DNA of 63,565 nt, counting the filler, from Choristocarpus tenellus KU-1152 (taxonomy: Eukaryota > Protista > Phaeophyceae), in assembly GCA_964200185.2 (NCBI GenBank). It is 9 parts of 9 records of this genome, joined end to end, with 100 filler letters (N's around TTAATTAATTAA, not from the genome) between each part and the next. Parts side by side here need not be neighbours in the genome. Positions count along the whole stretch, not along the records: positions 8,511 to 25,101 come from CAXNAD020000806.1; 8 more parts are not named here. One strand, written 5' to 3'. The notes under the pieces were generated by a model that saw only the letters and a program-made list of their open reading frames with translations, did not search any database and was not told the DNA's origin. Within the stretch, counting starts at the first letter, position 1; each line of letters opens with the position of its first letter. This document shows, one piece after another, positions 11,877 to 24,900 of the stretch. The translations under genes were made by a program, and so were the position numbers.

Positions 11877-12719
11877 TAAATGTATCTTCTCGATCTCTGG
11901 ACTCTTACAGCAACTTATCAGGCTTGCAATCAACTAGTACAGAGGACTTTGTTGCAAATACCGGTCCCAAGGAGAGGAGGGTTATGATAAAACATCAAAG
12001 AAGCCGGAGATTCTTGTAGGTGGACACCCCGTCATCAGCAAATGAATTTCTTCGGGTGTTTTAGGGGCAAAAGAAAGCAGCCTTTCTTTTATGGCTAGTC
12101 ATTTGATCAGTGGCTCTTACGTTAGGGATCCCCAACTTGTTCTTCTCCCTATATCTCTCTATAGGCTGCAATCATCTTTGCACATTCAGATATCCAGTCG
12201 GTTTATGCCAAACATTACCGTCCAGTGAATATCTGTTAAAGCAAAGCCGGTACATGAAAGTTCAAGTGTTTTTTATCGTGCAACATCTCACTTGTGGTCA
12301 ACAATGCCCTCTACCACATATGTATGACCCAAGAGGTGGCCGTGTCTTTGACTACTGATCAAGATCTGGTTCGGGCACTACCCTCCTGAAAAATGTGTAT
12401 TAAGGGCACCCATATCAGGCTCAGCAACTACAACTTTCTGAGGTTTTAGTCTGACCACATGAACTATCACATCTCACCAGTCTTCCAAGCGTCTTGCACA
12501 ATGTATACAACACATGTTACACGTACCTTCGCTTCCTAAGATCCTCTCCATGGAGATAGAAGTTTGGGGTTCAATGCATCAGCTGAAGGATATGGTTTGT
12601 GAAGCTACACTTCATTAGCTGGCTTATAGATTGGGAGTTTATGGCTTACATCATAAGATACTCTTCTCAATGCCACCTCACCATTATTTCACCAGGAAAG
12701 ATCGTTTGCTAGCTGTAAA

Positions 12720-12904
12720 GGCTCAAAGTATTTGGTGGGGGGGGGGGGGGGGGGGGGGGGTACACCAGGGTGTCCATTCGGGCCCTGACTAAGAGAAGTG
12801 CACTTTATCCATCCAACCCATGCAACCAAATTCACCCAAAAATTGCGAAATGGAAAAGTGGGCCCCAAATGGACAGCCACCACCACCCCCAGATACTTTG
12901 AGCC
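12720..12904 (+). mobile_element. MITE family A (full length, TSD AAA) inserted in Gypsy integrase
   Basis: TIRs ggctcaaagtat / atactttgagcc; AAA at 12717-12719 and 12905-12907; internal poly-G. Confidence 0.88.
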
Positions 12905-15076
12905 AAATGTTTCTCAGTTCTCATGGTATATCCTTTTACAGACTATAGGGGCAACCTCAGAACCCCCAAAACAAGATCAAATATTAAAATTGGGCGACCA
13001 CTGAACACATGTGAAGAAAATTGATTTCTTTGAAACAGTGTTATTGTAGGTTGTGTAATGTGCTAGATTTACTAATAGGGGCAAAAAAGATACCCAGTCA
13101 GACCCACACACATTAGAATGCATGGCCAGCATACAATGCATCATGGAATGAGCTCCTCCACATACGCTCTTGTGTTGGGGTCAGTACGCCACAGTCTTAG
13201 TATTGTAGCAAATATACACTTTTCATCAATCTGCCAATAGCTCATTCTCAGATATTTCCTTGGTCAGAGCGGAGAGTTTCAGGGGACCCAACAATTGATA
13301 TAAAGACGATCAACGAGAGATCTAGTCACGGTCTTCATACAAATTTGCATTGTCAACAAAGAATGCGGATCTTGCAAGATGGTCTACGGTGGATAGCACA
13401 TATCTTGTACCATCTTATGTGGTGATATATTCATTAGGACATTGAAACAGGTGTGTAACAGGCACATGTATATCCTGTGGGTAGTGAAGTAGGAGTATAG
13501 GAGGTCTTTGTCTTTGACACAGCTAGCATGTTTTGAACCAATTACTAACATCTCTATCTAGATCAGCCACCAATGACTGTCTCTTACATGGAAAAGAGTG
13601 TTCTTCAAAGCAAGATGGTCTGCAACCTCGTGGTCATGTAGGGCAAGTGAAATTGAACCCTGGACTTCAGTTGGGGCTACCAATTGATCACGAAAAGCTC
13701 CTTGTGGAGATGACCAGGTTGATAATGTTGGTATTACAGGACTTCAATATCTCTCTTGTGTGCAAAAAAAAAAACATGGTGTAGGCCATTCCCTATTTAA
13801 GGGGTAGTGTTGAATATTCAAGGTTTGCCAAACATTTGACTTGTGCTTCAAACCGATCGCATTGAGCTTTGGCTATCGACTACCGGGATTACACTGATGG
13901 AAATAACATAGAGCTTTGAGTCATTTGCCACTCTAGTGATTTCACCTAGGCCATCCACATACAAGTCATAGGCAGGATATAACTTGCTTGAGACGCTGCT
14001 TTGTAGTTTCAGCTCACACATTTAGACATACAGGAGACAAGGTTGCCAGTTCAGATTTGTGTTTACAGAACTCTTCCAGTTGAGGACATGACAACATACA
14101 CGGGATGCAATGTAATCCACTGGGCTCACAAATGATGATGAAATCAATGCTTCACGGAGCTAGGCCCCATATAGTTAATAGATTGGACGTGTCTTGCATT
14201 GTGTCCAGCCACAGAATGGCTGAGGATGTGGCTGTGAAAGAGGAGAAGGAACCTTGTCTACACAAGTGTGAAAATGACCTCTAGAGTGCTTGGAGCACAT
14301 GTACCAGAAGACAGCAGTCCCTTCAACTCAATGGCAGCCCCCTCTGGGTTGTATATACTCCTTCGGGGTTGACATCGTGCCCCAAATAATGGATTTACCT
14401 AGAGCCAAATTGAGACTTGGATGGCGTTAACGTAAAGCCCCTACCGTTCATGACAATCAATTGTTTATGGTGCACCACAAGTTGGACAAGCCAAAATATC
14501 TAAATATACCAATACACCTCAGCTAGGATCACCTTTAGAAACTGTTTCAAACATCAAGTCTTGGAATATCTGCTGTACATTTTGTACGGTAACCTCCAAA
14601 CTCATACTACCCACCTGCCATGAAAGGAAAACAGTCTGTTGCCATTCGCATTCCTCAGACATGAGTAATTGCCAATAGGCTGATTGAATATCTAGACAAG
14701 ATAAACGCTTTGAACCCAACAATGGGGACAAATACTCTTCCATGGATGGTAAGGGCCATGGGTTTCACATCAAATATTTGTCGGTGTTTCAAAATCCACA
14801 GAGAATGGGGGTATCCATTGGTTTCGCAGAACGGTGACAGGGAATACCCATGGGCTTGAAGAGGGTTTTATAATACCCATATATTTTCCACACTAGTGGG
14901 TGGTGTCACATATTTTTGGTGCCGTGTGATACACGGAGTTCTATAAACTGGTTTAGTACCTGCTTCAAGAGGAAACTCAACAGAATTTGTGGTATAGGAG
15001 CCTAATTCAAATTCGGATAATCAAAAGGCAGGACTAAAAGTTGCTAGTCATTCTCCCTGCTTTCAGTTAAAGCCAG

Positions 15077-15077
<1 letters not shown>

Positions 15078-15108
<31 letters not shown>
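15078..15108. repeat. (TG)n microsatellite
   Basis: Seen directly. Confidence 0.9.
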
Positions 15109-15111
<3 letters not shown>

Positions 15112-17359
15112 ACAAATGCCTTCTTTAAGAATACCCTTCATTACCCCTAGCATTTTCAGGTCTTCAGGATTAGAGGGTGTGACTGCAACTGCACAGGTGG
15201 CACCAGCTGAGAGGGTATACAATACAAGGGAGGCATGACTTACTACAGAATTTGCAGGTAGCTTCACCCCTTTGGTAAATTGGTGATTTTGACTAAATGG
15301 CTTTCATCCTCTGCTCAAACTGTGAGGGTGTGACTGACCATATTACGTTGCCAGTGGGGATGTACACCTTCCTCCTGTTGCAAGTCCATGCCAGTGTTGA
15401 TGATTGGTTCCACAGCATCATCACTGGCTATTCTTTGGAGGGCTCAGGAACAATCTGGAGCAACGGTTTCCGTGACGCATTCAAGGTATATCTTTGTTAT
15501 TTATTGTATGTAGAGGTGTGGTGAACTCAGTTGCGACCAATGAAATTGAGACATGAAGACCATTGACTCTGATGGAATTTCAGTCATATAGCCAAATGTA
15601 GGGGAGTAAGAGATGGGAATTGGGAAAATTTTGTGGGTTCCTGGAATACATATGTCACTGCCTTGAATTGACAAATCTTCTTTGTCCCCTTCTAGCCCTG
15701 TCCCAAAAGCTGGCATGATGCTGTTATTCAGGAAGATTTATCCAACCCCCAAGTTGGATACAACTACTGCTTGCACAGATATTGACAAATATCCAAGCTA
15801 TAGAAAACTTGAATGAAGTAATGAACAAATCAAGTTCTACTACCCACTCCCATTAAACTAAGAGCCCCTCTAGAATCTCATGAATGTGCAACTTATGGAA
15901 CGTGAGGTGTTCCTCAATACATGGACGTGAAACCCCTGGAATAGCAGTGGCAGTACCAACAGTTCTGTTCGAAAGAGAATTATCATCTACACACTCAAAA
16001 ATTTCTCACACAGCAAGGCGAGTGAAATAGGGAGTGCGTTACGGGAGGTTAAATCATTTTCGAAAACTGATATGAGTCAGCAATATGATAGAGTGGAATA
16101 ACACAATCTAGATTGAGGTAAATTTTCTCTCACCTCGCGAAGGGCTCTTCAGGACCAAGAGATAGCAGATGCAACAGAGGTTATATGTCCCGCTTGTGGC
16201 AAGTGACGGTTGGCTAGCTTTGTATTATTGTTAAGTTGTGTCCTAGGATTTATGGTTTCTTCGGCGTTTCCCGACCTACATAGCAACTGTTCAGGTATCA
16301 TGCCATACCTTGTGTCCTTGTCCTTACAAACTCTGACGAAACAGAGTCAGCAAGCACAGCATCCCCTAAAATATCTCATTCCTCACTCTCTCCTGATATT
16401 TGGTGCTATCCTGCAGGGGTTCATGGGGGAAATAGCAAAGATTCTGGCAGGGTGGCACGTGCTGCGATCGCCAATAAAAGTCGACTGATCGTTTACTGTT
16501 CGCAGTTGTTACGAAATATACATGTGAGCGAAAGGTTTTATCACTATTGAAAGTTGTAAAGAAGAGAATAGGACAAATCCTGCGCTCCAGAGCTCAAGGG
16601 TCGAACTCCTTATGAGAAAGGTGCCTCGTGATAGTAGATAGCCCTAGGGAATGTGCTTGGGGTAGAGTGGGTCGATATACTCATCTCATTCGTTGCTGCT
16701 TCATCCTTTGAAGGGTTGCCGTTGTGAGGCTGACCTCCATACTCACCCGCTCCCAAACTGCACTAGACTTAGATGACAACTCGGACTTGAAATGGAGATA
16801 TCGTTGCTATCAAAATTCCTCTCTTGTACTCATCATCTTCGGCCAACACTTGATGGCGGGTCTGGTCTGGGTTGCGTGAAAGGGTGACCCTCAGCCATTG
16901 CGACACCGCTTTAGTTTTCGAGCGAACCGCCAAGGTTACCTTGCAATTTCTTCGGGACTCGGGGTGCATAAGGGCTAGGACATTGAACGATCCTCCCTCT
17001 CAAGCTGCACTTACCTCGTTGTGCCTTCTTTCCCCAAGTATTCTTGCCTTTCTGACCAGCGTTGTGACCCCCTGACACAGATCAGTGTGGTACCGCTGTT
17101 GTATGGCTAAGTCCTGGGCGGTGGGGGGTGATAAGAATCACCAGAGACGAGGTTCACAAAGTGAGCGAAAGATGGGTCGACCCACAGTGGGAAATCGTTG
17201 GGACCCATATGAAGGTATGGTATGTTGTTCAATCGTAAAGTGATTGGTTGGGACCAGTCAAAAGAAAAAAAGAATACACAATAATGGGGTTTGATGGTTT
17301 GACTACTCTTTAACATGAAGGTTTGTTGTAATGTTCACCTCTAGGATGTGGCCAGTCTT

Positions 17360-17666
17360 GATCATTTTGAAAATGTTGCCCATCGAGTCAAATGACGATC
17401 AGCATATCGAATAAGACCTCTTGATCTAAGCTATCGATTCCCAGAAAGGAATTCTTTCGGAAAATTATATTGGTAAGGTTAAATTTTAACCGAATGTTTT
17501 CGGCACAACCTTGAAAATATCCTGGAATTAATTATATATATTATCCCGACTAGACATATTTCTCCGAAAGAATTCCTTGGCGTAAATCGATAGCCTAGAT
17601 CAAGAGCTTTCATTTGATATGCTGATCGTCGATTAACTCATTGGGTAACCTATTCAAAAAAATGAT
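17360..17666. repeat. Long imperfect inverted repeat (foldback/MITE-like)
   Basis: The ~105-bp arm at 17365-17470 pairs with 17552-17660 (gacgatcagcatatc, ctcttgatcta.gctatcgatt and aaggaattctttcgga all mirrored). Confidence 0.85.
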
Positions 17667-17897
17667 TCAAAAAAATGATGATTGATACCCACCAAAACGG
17701 TACGTGGCTTAACCTCTGGTTAATACTGTTTAAGCCACTCACAGGACACGATTCTGGTCGAGCGCCTTCGAGGACCCATCCAATAAGGTTACGCATGCTG
17801 ACGCGATTTAACAAACTAATTTTCATGAAAAAAAACGTTGTTGATCAAAAGTTATGGCACGACAAAGTTGATGCAGGAGGCGACTGCCAACACTGTA

Positions 17898-18668
17898 TGC
17901 TCACCAATTCTGGATTATTATTATTTTTTATTCTCTGTTTGCAATCCACCTATTCCCCCTTCCCTCCCCATTCAACATCCACTTATGACCACCCAGTGCG
18001 ACCTCTTCACCACTGATTTCCCGTCCTCCCCCCCCTTTGCGCGATGCCCAAGCAATGTGAACCCCCTTCGCCACTGATTTCCAGTCACCCTCCACATCTC
18101 ATGACCAACCAGTGCGAACCCCCTTCGCCACTGATTTCCAGTCACCCCCCCCACCCTTCAAACCCACTCAACCCCACACAAGTTACCACTCCCCTCAACC
18201 CCGCACGAGTTACCCCTCCACTCAGCACCACTACACAATCAGCCAAGAACAACCCTCCATCATCCACTTCATGCCGTGCCTTTGAGCTACAAGACATCTA
18301 CCCCGCCTGAACTTGACCTCCCCTCCCTTTACCCAGCATCCCCTTCGGTCGTGAGCAAGCAACAGGGTGGGAGAGCGGGAAAGCTTGCTCGGAGGTTATC
18401 TTGTTCTACTCCCCCTCGTCCTGTACCACCAGCGCTATTTACTCTTTTCAAAACTGCCCATTCCTTCTTTCCTTGTGCCTCTATCTACCGCTCATTTCTT
18501 TTACTTCTCTCCTCCCTCTCCTAGCCACTCCGTGTTTAACTCTTCGTTCACCCTCTTGCAAATTCTTATTTTTCTCACTACTGTCCTCTCCCTTCCCCTG
18601 TGCCCCCCTCCAACCAGAATTATTTTCACCCACAAAACTCAGATTACTTCATAAACTTTCTCTTTTTT
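17898..18668 (+). mobile_element. Dispersed repeat family C, second copy (fewer 57-bp units)
   Basis: Colinear with the reverse complement of 4765-5665. Confidence 0.8.
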
Positions 18669-19859
18669 CACACTGGTCTGAGACAAACTCAGCGTAATGT
18701 GAAGGCGATGAGAATAATAATCAGTGATAAAACTATTTTTGGTCAATGCCTTCTGATGTTAAAAGATCCCTTAGGGCATGTGTTGTCACTTGTGCCCTGA
18801 TATGCCTTAGATTTCATCTTTTTCAAAGAAAGAGTGTTTAACGAAGTGCCATCAACACGTACATGACTTGTATCATCTACTCACTCATGCCTGATAACCC
18901 TAACCCACTACAATTTGATGAGTCTGCAAACAGAGGGTAATGCAGAGAGCACAAGCTCAGTACATATCAATCTTATAGTACTATATAAAATTTCTGTGCC
19001 AAACATCTCAGAGCAAAAGCAGTCAAAACACTCAATCTTCTTCCTGTGAAGCAACAGTACGCGGGCAAAATATGTATCATCAGTCCGCTCTCTTGACCCG
19101 TTGCCTCCAACTCCAGAAAATGCTGTGTCCATGAAACATTTATTTGGAGGGTAAGAGGACTATTATGATTCAAATCAACTGAGAGGTAGACAGGGTTACG
19201 TTTTAAGGATCCCAAGAAAGGACAAAAATATACTCTTTTGTACCATTATTGCAGAAAGAGCCCTTGCAGGTTGTGGTGTGACATCAATTTGTCTGTAGAA
19301 TGGAGGAATATCAATTTTGCGTGCACTATTATGCACATAAGACAGCGAGATGGAGTGTATTGCATAGGGTAAGAAACATGGTTGAGAATGCAAAAGGGCT
19401 CAAGCTTGCCTGCCTCTCAATTGGTGTGACTTTTCATTGCCTCCACCTAAGCAGCACACAAAGTGCCAGATAGGATGAAGTCGTAACTTTTTGGCTACAA
19501 GGCTGAGTCGTTGAGACATTGATGGACGACTTGTTATCGTGGTAATGATGATCTCATCCCTCTTCTTCCCGAACTGAGGAGTGTGGGATTCAAAGTACAG
19601 CTTTCTCGTTCTCACTGTTACAGCACGCCCCCCTGAACTCACCTCCACAGGATATTATGCAACTCAAATCCAACGACCTTAAATGGACGCTATGGGAACC
19701 TTGCCCTTGATAGCAGTTTGTAGGGTATCAGGTATCCATCTCTCTTGATATTCCACTCAGTGCTTACCTCAAAACTCGACTCAAAGTTTCGTTCAAGATA
19801 AAGAAAAGACTGGTAGGTAAGAAGGGTCAAGGTGTTTCCCCGAAAACCCTCAAATTGTT

Positions 19860-20700
19860 TTCATCATCCACCAAATTTCTTTGGTCTTCTACGCAACTGC
19901 TTTACACGTACTCCAATCATAAACCTCTATCCTGCAACTTCTCAGGGACTTTGACATTTTCTTCTGTAATATTACATCATTTATTCTGTAAGGCTACCTA
20001 TGTGTTACTAATATCGTATATTATTCGCACTTGTTAGAACGCGAGAAACAATCCTGGCATACGCTTGTCACAAATGTTCGTGTTTGCTAAAACATGAGAA
20101 GAAATGCTCGTGTTATTCGCGTGTAACAAGTGCTCGCACTTCATTGGAACACAAGAAGAAATGCTCGCGCTATTCGCCTGTAACATCACCCCCATATATC
20201 TGTGTCCGTGGTGCTGCACATGTTCCCTTTAACATGGTAGTCACACCGGCACCTGACCAGATTGAAATGAGGTAGTACCGGTCTGAGTACTGGTCTGACA
20301 TCTGAATACTTGCGACTTTCCAATCAATTTCGTATATTGACAGGTCACACCTTAATAACGAGAACAGTTGAAACATACCTTATGAACACATCATTTCAGT
20401 GAACCAAACATCAGACCTGATACCATACTGAGTGGCCTTCCCCGAGTCTGTTCTTCAGTCTGTGATGTTGAGCATCGAGGCCGTTACATAATCCCAACTA
20501 GGTACTCGAACTTGGAGCATGAAATGCCTTTCGCACATTTATGGTCAAATTGTGCACATGGTGGAGGGTGAGCCATAAATCCGTTCCTATCTCCCCTTGC
20601 TACGATGATACATTTGCCTACCTTCAGGTTTGTGTGGACGTTTTAAACCCAAATCACGAACGCCTGAGAGACATACATGTCTTGTAGGATGAAATCGGAA
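19860..20700 (-). mobile_element. 3' end of a Gypsy-type element: degenerate pol end, PPT and 3' LTR (family D)
   Basis: On the minus strand gggggtga is followed by TGTTACA at 20184. 19981-20184 matches 60878-61086. Far end of the LTR approximate. Confidence 0.6.
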
Positions 20701-22734
20701 AAATAATGGTTGCAACCCAAAATGACTTGCTCCCTACAACTCATCATATCGTAACATTTTCTTTGCACTTTGTAAGTAGAATTCTATGCGTCTCGGAATT
20801 ACATGCGCTCAGACGAACATCCTGCGACAATTTGATCTTCCACATGGCAAATGGAGGTATAATGAGTAAGTTCATGCTGTACAAGTTGTACGTCAGTAGT
20901 ACAGTAACAACAGTATATTGTAGTAGTATGATGGATTGTTTCAATTTTTCGTCTTTTACTTTTCTTGTCCGGAGTCAGAGGTACTACTGCACACTTTACT
21001 CTACTTTTCATATAAATTGTTGCCCTACAATTAATTGCACTTGCCTCCATTCAAATCTTACTTCTCCAGTGGTGGGTTCATAGCCATTCCAAGTATGTAA
21101 TATTTTATACTGTAACAGTTCAATTAACAAAATAACCAACCGAAAATATCGGTTCATATTTTCAAGAATCACAATAGGATCAGAAGTAATGTGACTGAAC
21201 GTGTTGGAGGTTACAGAACCACAAAACATAATACTAATTGTCCCAACTAAGTGTCACTACCCACAACTCACTACGCGTTCATGTATTCGGATCTGCCTGC
21301 TGTGAGACCTGTCGAGACTGTGGAGGTCCTTGCCAGCTGACCTGAAAGTTCGATCAAACAAATAATGTAACATTTGTTACCTGATTTTAATTTCAACTAC
21401 AATTTCTTTCACCTCGTAACTCTGCAAATTTGGGAACGTCACTTTCTCATTACGTTTGGGGTCTTGGGATTCGTTTTCTTACGTCTTGGATCAATCGTGC
21501 GCCATAGCCAGGCCGAAGGCACACTGTCACGTGCATTATGCTGTTACGCTACACCACATGCTAGGCACACGATAAATTCTATGTAGTGCGTTTGGATAGG
21601 TACAATACCTTTTTCTGTGCTTGGTGTATCCGATATTGTACTATTTTCTGTTGTTATGTTTAGTGCATTCCTTACATGGTCTCTCCTTTTACCGGGGCTC
21701 TATTATCTCAATTTGTTGTGTTGTATTACCCACTTCAGTTCCCTTACTTTCCCTACACGACAACATGTGATTTTTTTGAACTCAAACAACCAAAAAATGG
21801 ATTTTGTCTCGAGGGAGACGAGAAACAATGCACAACATGGCAAAGAATGCAAAGAATGCAACGACAAGAACAGCAGTATCTGTATTGATTACAACGAAGA
21901 CAAATGTCAACTATGCGTGCATCGTAGTACATACAACAAGAATTTCTCTTGACTGTTATCAAGTATATCATATATAGGCGTAGATTAATTTTATAGGTTA
22001 CCAGTTTTGGGTGGAGTTGGTTTGTCTTTAAATGTACCAACAAACTATTATTATGTTGTATATGAAGACCTCTACTTATTGCAGGCACGACAGACTCTGG
22101 TGCTGTTGTTGTATGCATTCAATTCTCTTCCTTGGGTTTTATGCTTCCTACCCTCTCCATGACTGAAAACATACGCGTAAAATACCAGTCCGCAAAATAA
22201 AATGCGAAGTGGGGCTTTACAATACACCAATAGCAGTATTTTTGAAAGCAAGAAATCAGCTCTGTCCACCCTACTAGGAATCTCTATAGTACTGTAAAAT
22301 TATATTTATTATACCTGAAAACACCCAAAAACATTGGTGATACAAATAGACACATGAATTACTGCTGGACTTGCACTATAAAATATCAATCCAGAATCAG
22401 GGGAAGAACTCCTTACGAGTCAATCAGGCCCCACCTTGCCCACCAGCTTAGTGTCTCCTGCTTGAAACGAATTACACACTTTCGAAGTCCCACCGGTGCC
22501 ACAACTATTCATGCTTCCCATCTGCATGTATACCTACCAGCTGTTCCTTCACCACTCCATTCCTGCTGACACTAGCAGGCCTTCTATCACCCACAATGTG
22601 AGTTGGCATACATTTTTACCGCGAATCAGAAAGGAGATCACTAACACTCACCTCTCATACATGGTAAGACCGCAACAAGCAGAAACAAATGAAGAGTGGG
22701 ATTAACGAGCTAACAATGGAGGAGCTATTTTATC

Positions 22735-24900
22735 CTAGAGGGAGGTTGTTTTAGGCCTTCCAGTGTAGGGGACTTGATCAAAATATTATGCCTGTTATGG
22801 ATCCCCTGTTCCCATCCTGAAGTGCAGTTAACTTCCATGAGGACGTTGTGATTGTACAAGAGGGTACAAATATTTGTGGTTCGCTCTAGTATGGATTTTC
22901 CCCGAGTGTTAGGAGCACATGTGTCGGAAGGCAGGCACAGAGATCTCTCACACTCAGCGATACCCCCCTCAAGGAGTAGGAGGCTGTGACTTGGATCCAT
23001 TATTTATTTCGTGTATATCTAGGTAGGAATCTATTGCCCCTACAGTAAGATGCGAAACGATAGGTACTGTAACTCTGATGACACACCCTCACATGCCCTA
23101 TTTCAGAACCCTGCCCAACTCATTCTGTGAAAAGTGTTGAAGGCGAAGATGATAAAAAAATTATTGATAGGGAGGCGAAAGTATGGGCCGACAGAATGAT
23201 TTCATGTTGTAAGGATTCCGATTATGGTTGATGCAAAGCTAACACCACCAGTTTGCTCTTCGTTTCATGTCCTTTCCCTCATTGCCAAAATTGTGGTCAG
23301 GTTGGTCTACAACCTTCAGGACTGTTGGGAATTTGTTACAAGTGTGATCAGTATGGCTGGCGCAATGTTAAGGCCATCCGGTCTAGTGTGGCCTTCACAC
23401 ACCTAAGTGTCAAATTCTTATTGGGAGTTCATCCTTATTGTTGACAGTGGAGGATGGTGAGTCGCTGTGTTGTAGAAAGCTGTACATGATAGATCGTGGT
23501 CATTGTGAGGTTCGACCTAATAATAATTAGAGCAAAATGACTTATCTGATTATTGTATATGGTAGATGTATTATGGGAGCAGGTGCATCCAATGGACCGT
23601 ACAAGGAAGTAGTTTTGGTCATGACCTGCCTAACTTACTGGTCTGAAACCCCCACTTACACTTCTTTGAAGTATATTGCAGTTTTGCTTCTACTGATGTG
23701 ACCTAGCAGTTGTTCCTGTCCAAAAAGGGTACGTACCAATACTCAATATTTGAGCCAAACGAATTGAGGGGTACGCAGGTTCGGACCCTTTTGCATTCTA
23801 AGCCATCTTTCTTACCCTGTACACTACTCTATTTCGTTGCTTTATGTGCACAATAGTGTACCCAAAATTGATATTCCCTCTTTCCGCACACTAACGTAAC
23901 ATCACAATCCAGCAAACGCTCTTTCTGTGATTGTACTACATTGATTCATTTTGCCCTTTCTTGGGATCATTCAAGCAACCCTTCCTACCTTTCAAGTGGT
24001 TTGTCTCATTTCCAGTGCATCCCCTGTTGTGGATAAGAAATGTTATCATGTTTTTATTTTCCAGCATATAGTAGCAAGAACTTACAGTACTTCCACAAAA
24101 CAATTGGTTGCACCCAGCCAAGGTTGGCCCCTGCCCTACAAGCATCATGGCGGGCAGCCAGGCAGGCACAAGAGAGTCAAGCCCACTAGTAACACCTTCG
24201 CATATGTGTGGCAATCTCTTTTCATCTCCTATCCTATAATGGATTGTAAATCTTAGTTGAATGTTCAACAGTGAGTGACACAAAGATACAAGTACGTACG
24301 TCTTTTGAACGTTGGGTGGTACATACCAATACTTTCAGAAAACGTAATTTTCTACATAAAAAAGGGGGAAAATTTCGTTCACTAGGAAGATTTTATTTTC
24401 CTTATCATCGCATGAAGTTAATCCAATTCCGGTCACAGAACATCCTGGCATAGGAGACATAATTATATTACTTAAAGGGGGAGTCACAGCAAGAACCCTT
24501 TTTTTGCAGGCACTCAAGGGTTGCAACAGCAGGCACTTGCCATCTTTGGTTGTATTGAGTCTTCCAAGTGTGTCCTACACTCTGCATGGTATGATACACA
24601 GAAACTGCTCGTCGCTGCTTGTTGAAGGCCAACAAAACAACGCCTCATTACAATCACAAAGGTAATCCAAGCAAACATACACACACAAGAGCAGCAATAA
24701 TAGGTTTAATTCGAGTGCTTGCGATTGAATACTACACACATTATTATCGGCTAAATATTTGGATGTGCTCATTTGTCATAATCATGCATTGCTTCATTAT
24801 CCCTTCAAACACAAAGTCAAGCACTTGCACATGGGACGCCCAATCAGCAACCCCCACATTTTGTCTAGCCAGAGCTCGTTGCTAAGAGACAAGACAAGTG
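22735..24900 (+). pseudogene. Decayed spliced gene with a Cys-rich segment (unknown family)
   Basis: The frame at ~23137-23460 reads VEGEDDKKIIDREAKVWADRMISCCKDSDYG*CKANTTSLLFVSCPFPHCQNCGQVG..GICYKCDQYGWRNVKAIR..HPYC*QWRM and ends at a gtgagt donor. Further exon-like AG..GT blocks at ~24065, 24510, 24602 and 24870. Confidence 0.3.

Larger units (their letters stand above)
12100..16900 (-). mobile_element. Decayed Ty3/Gypsy LTR retrotransposon (gag-PR-RT-IN-chromodomain), many stops and frameshifts
   Basis: RT motifs GIIKPSSSPWVFPV (~14830-14875) and LSCLDIQSAYWQ (~14670-14705). Integrase HHCC region LHDHEVADHL..HWW (~13560-13650), core VDHL..PETLRSDQG (~13255-13400) and PKLLSPWRG (~12540-12570). 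Chromodomain-like VEGIVDHK..YRL.F..YS.D..VW (~12200-12315). Outer limits approximate. Confidence 0.85.

Noticed and set aside
18900-19740. Minus-strand gene suggested by consecutive ORFs and splice-like sites
   Set aside because: I could not build a stop-free, phase-consistent model or recognise a family. It may be a pseudogene.
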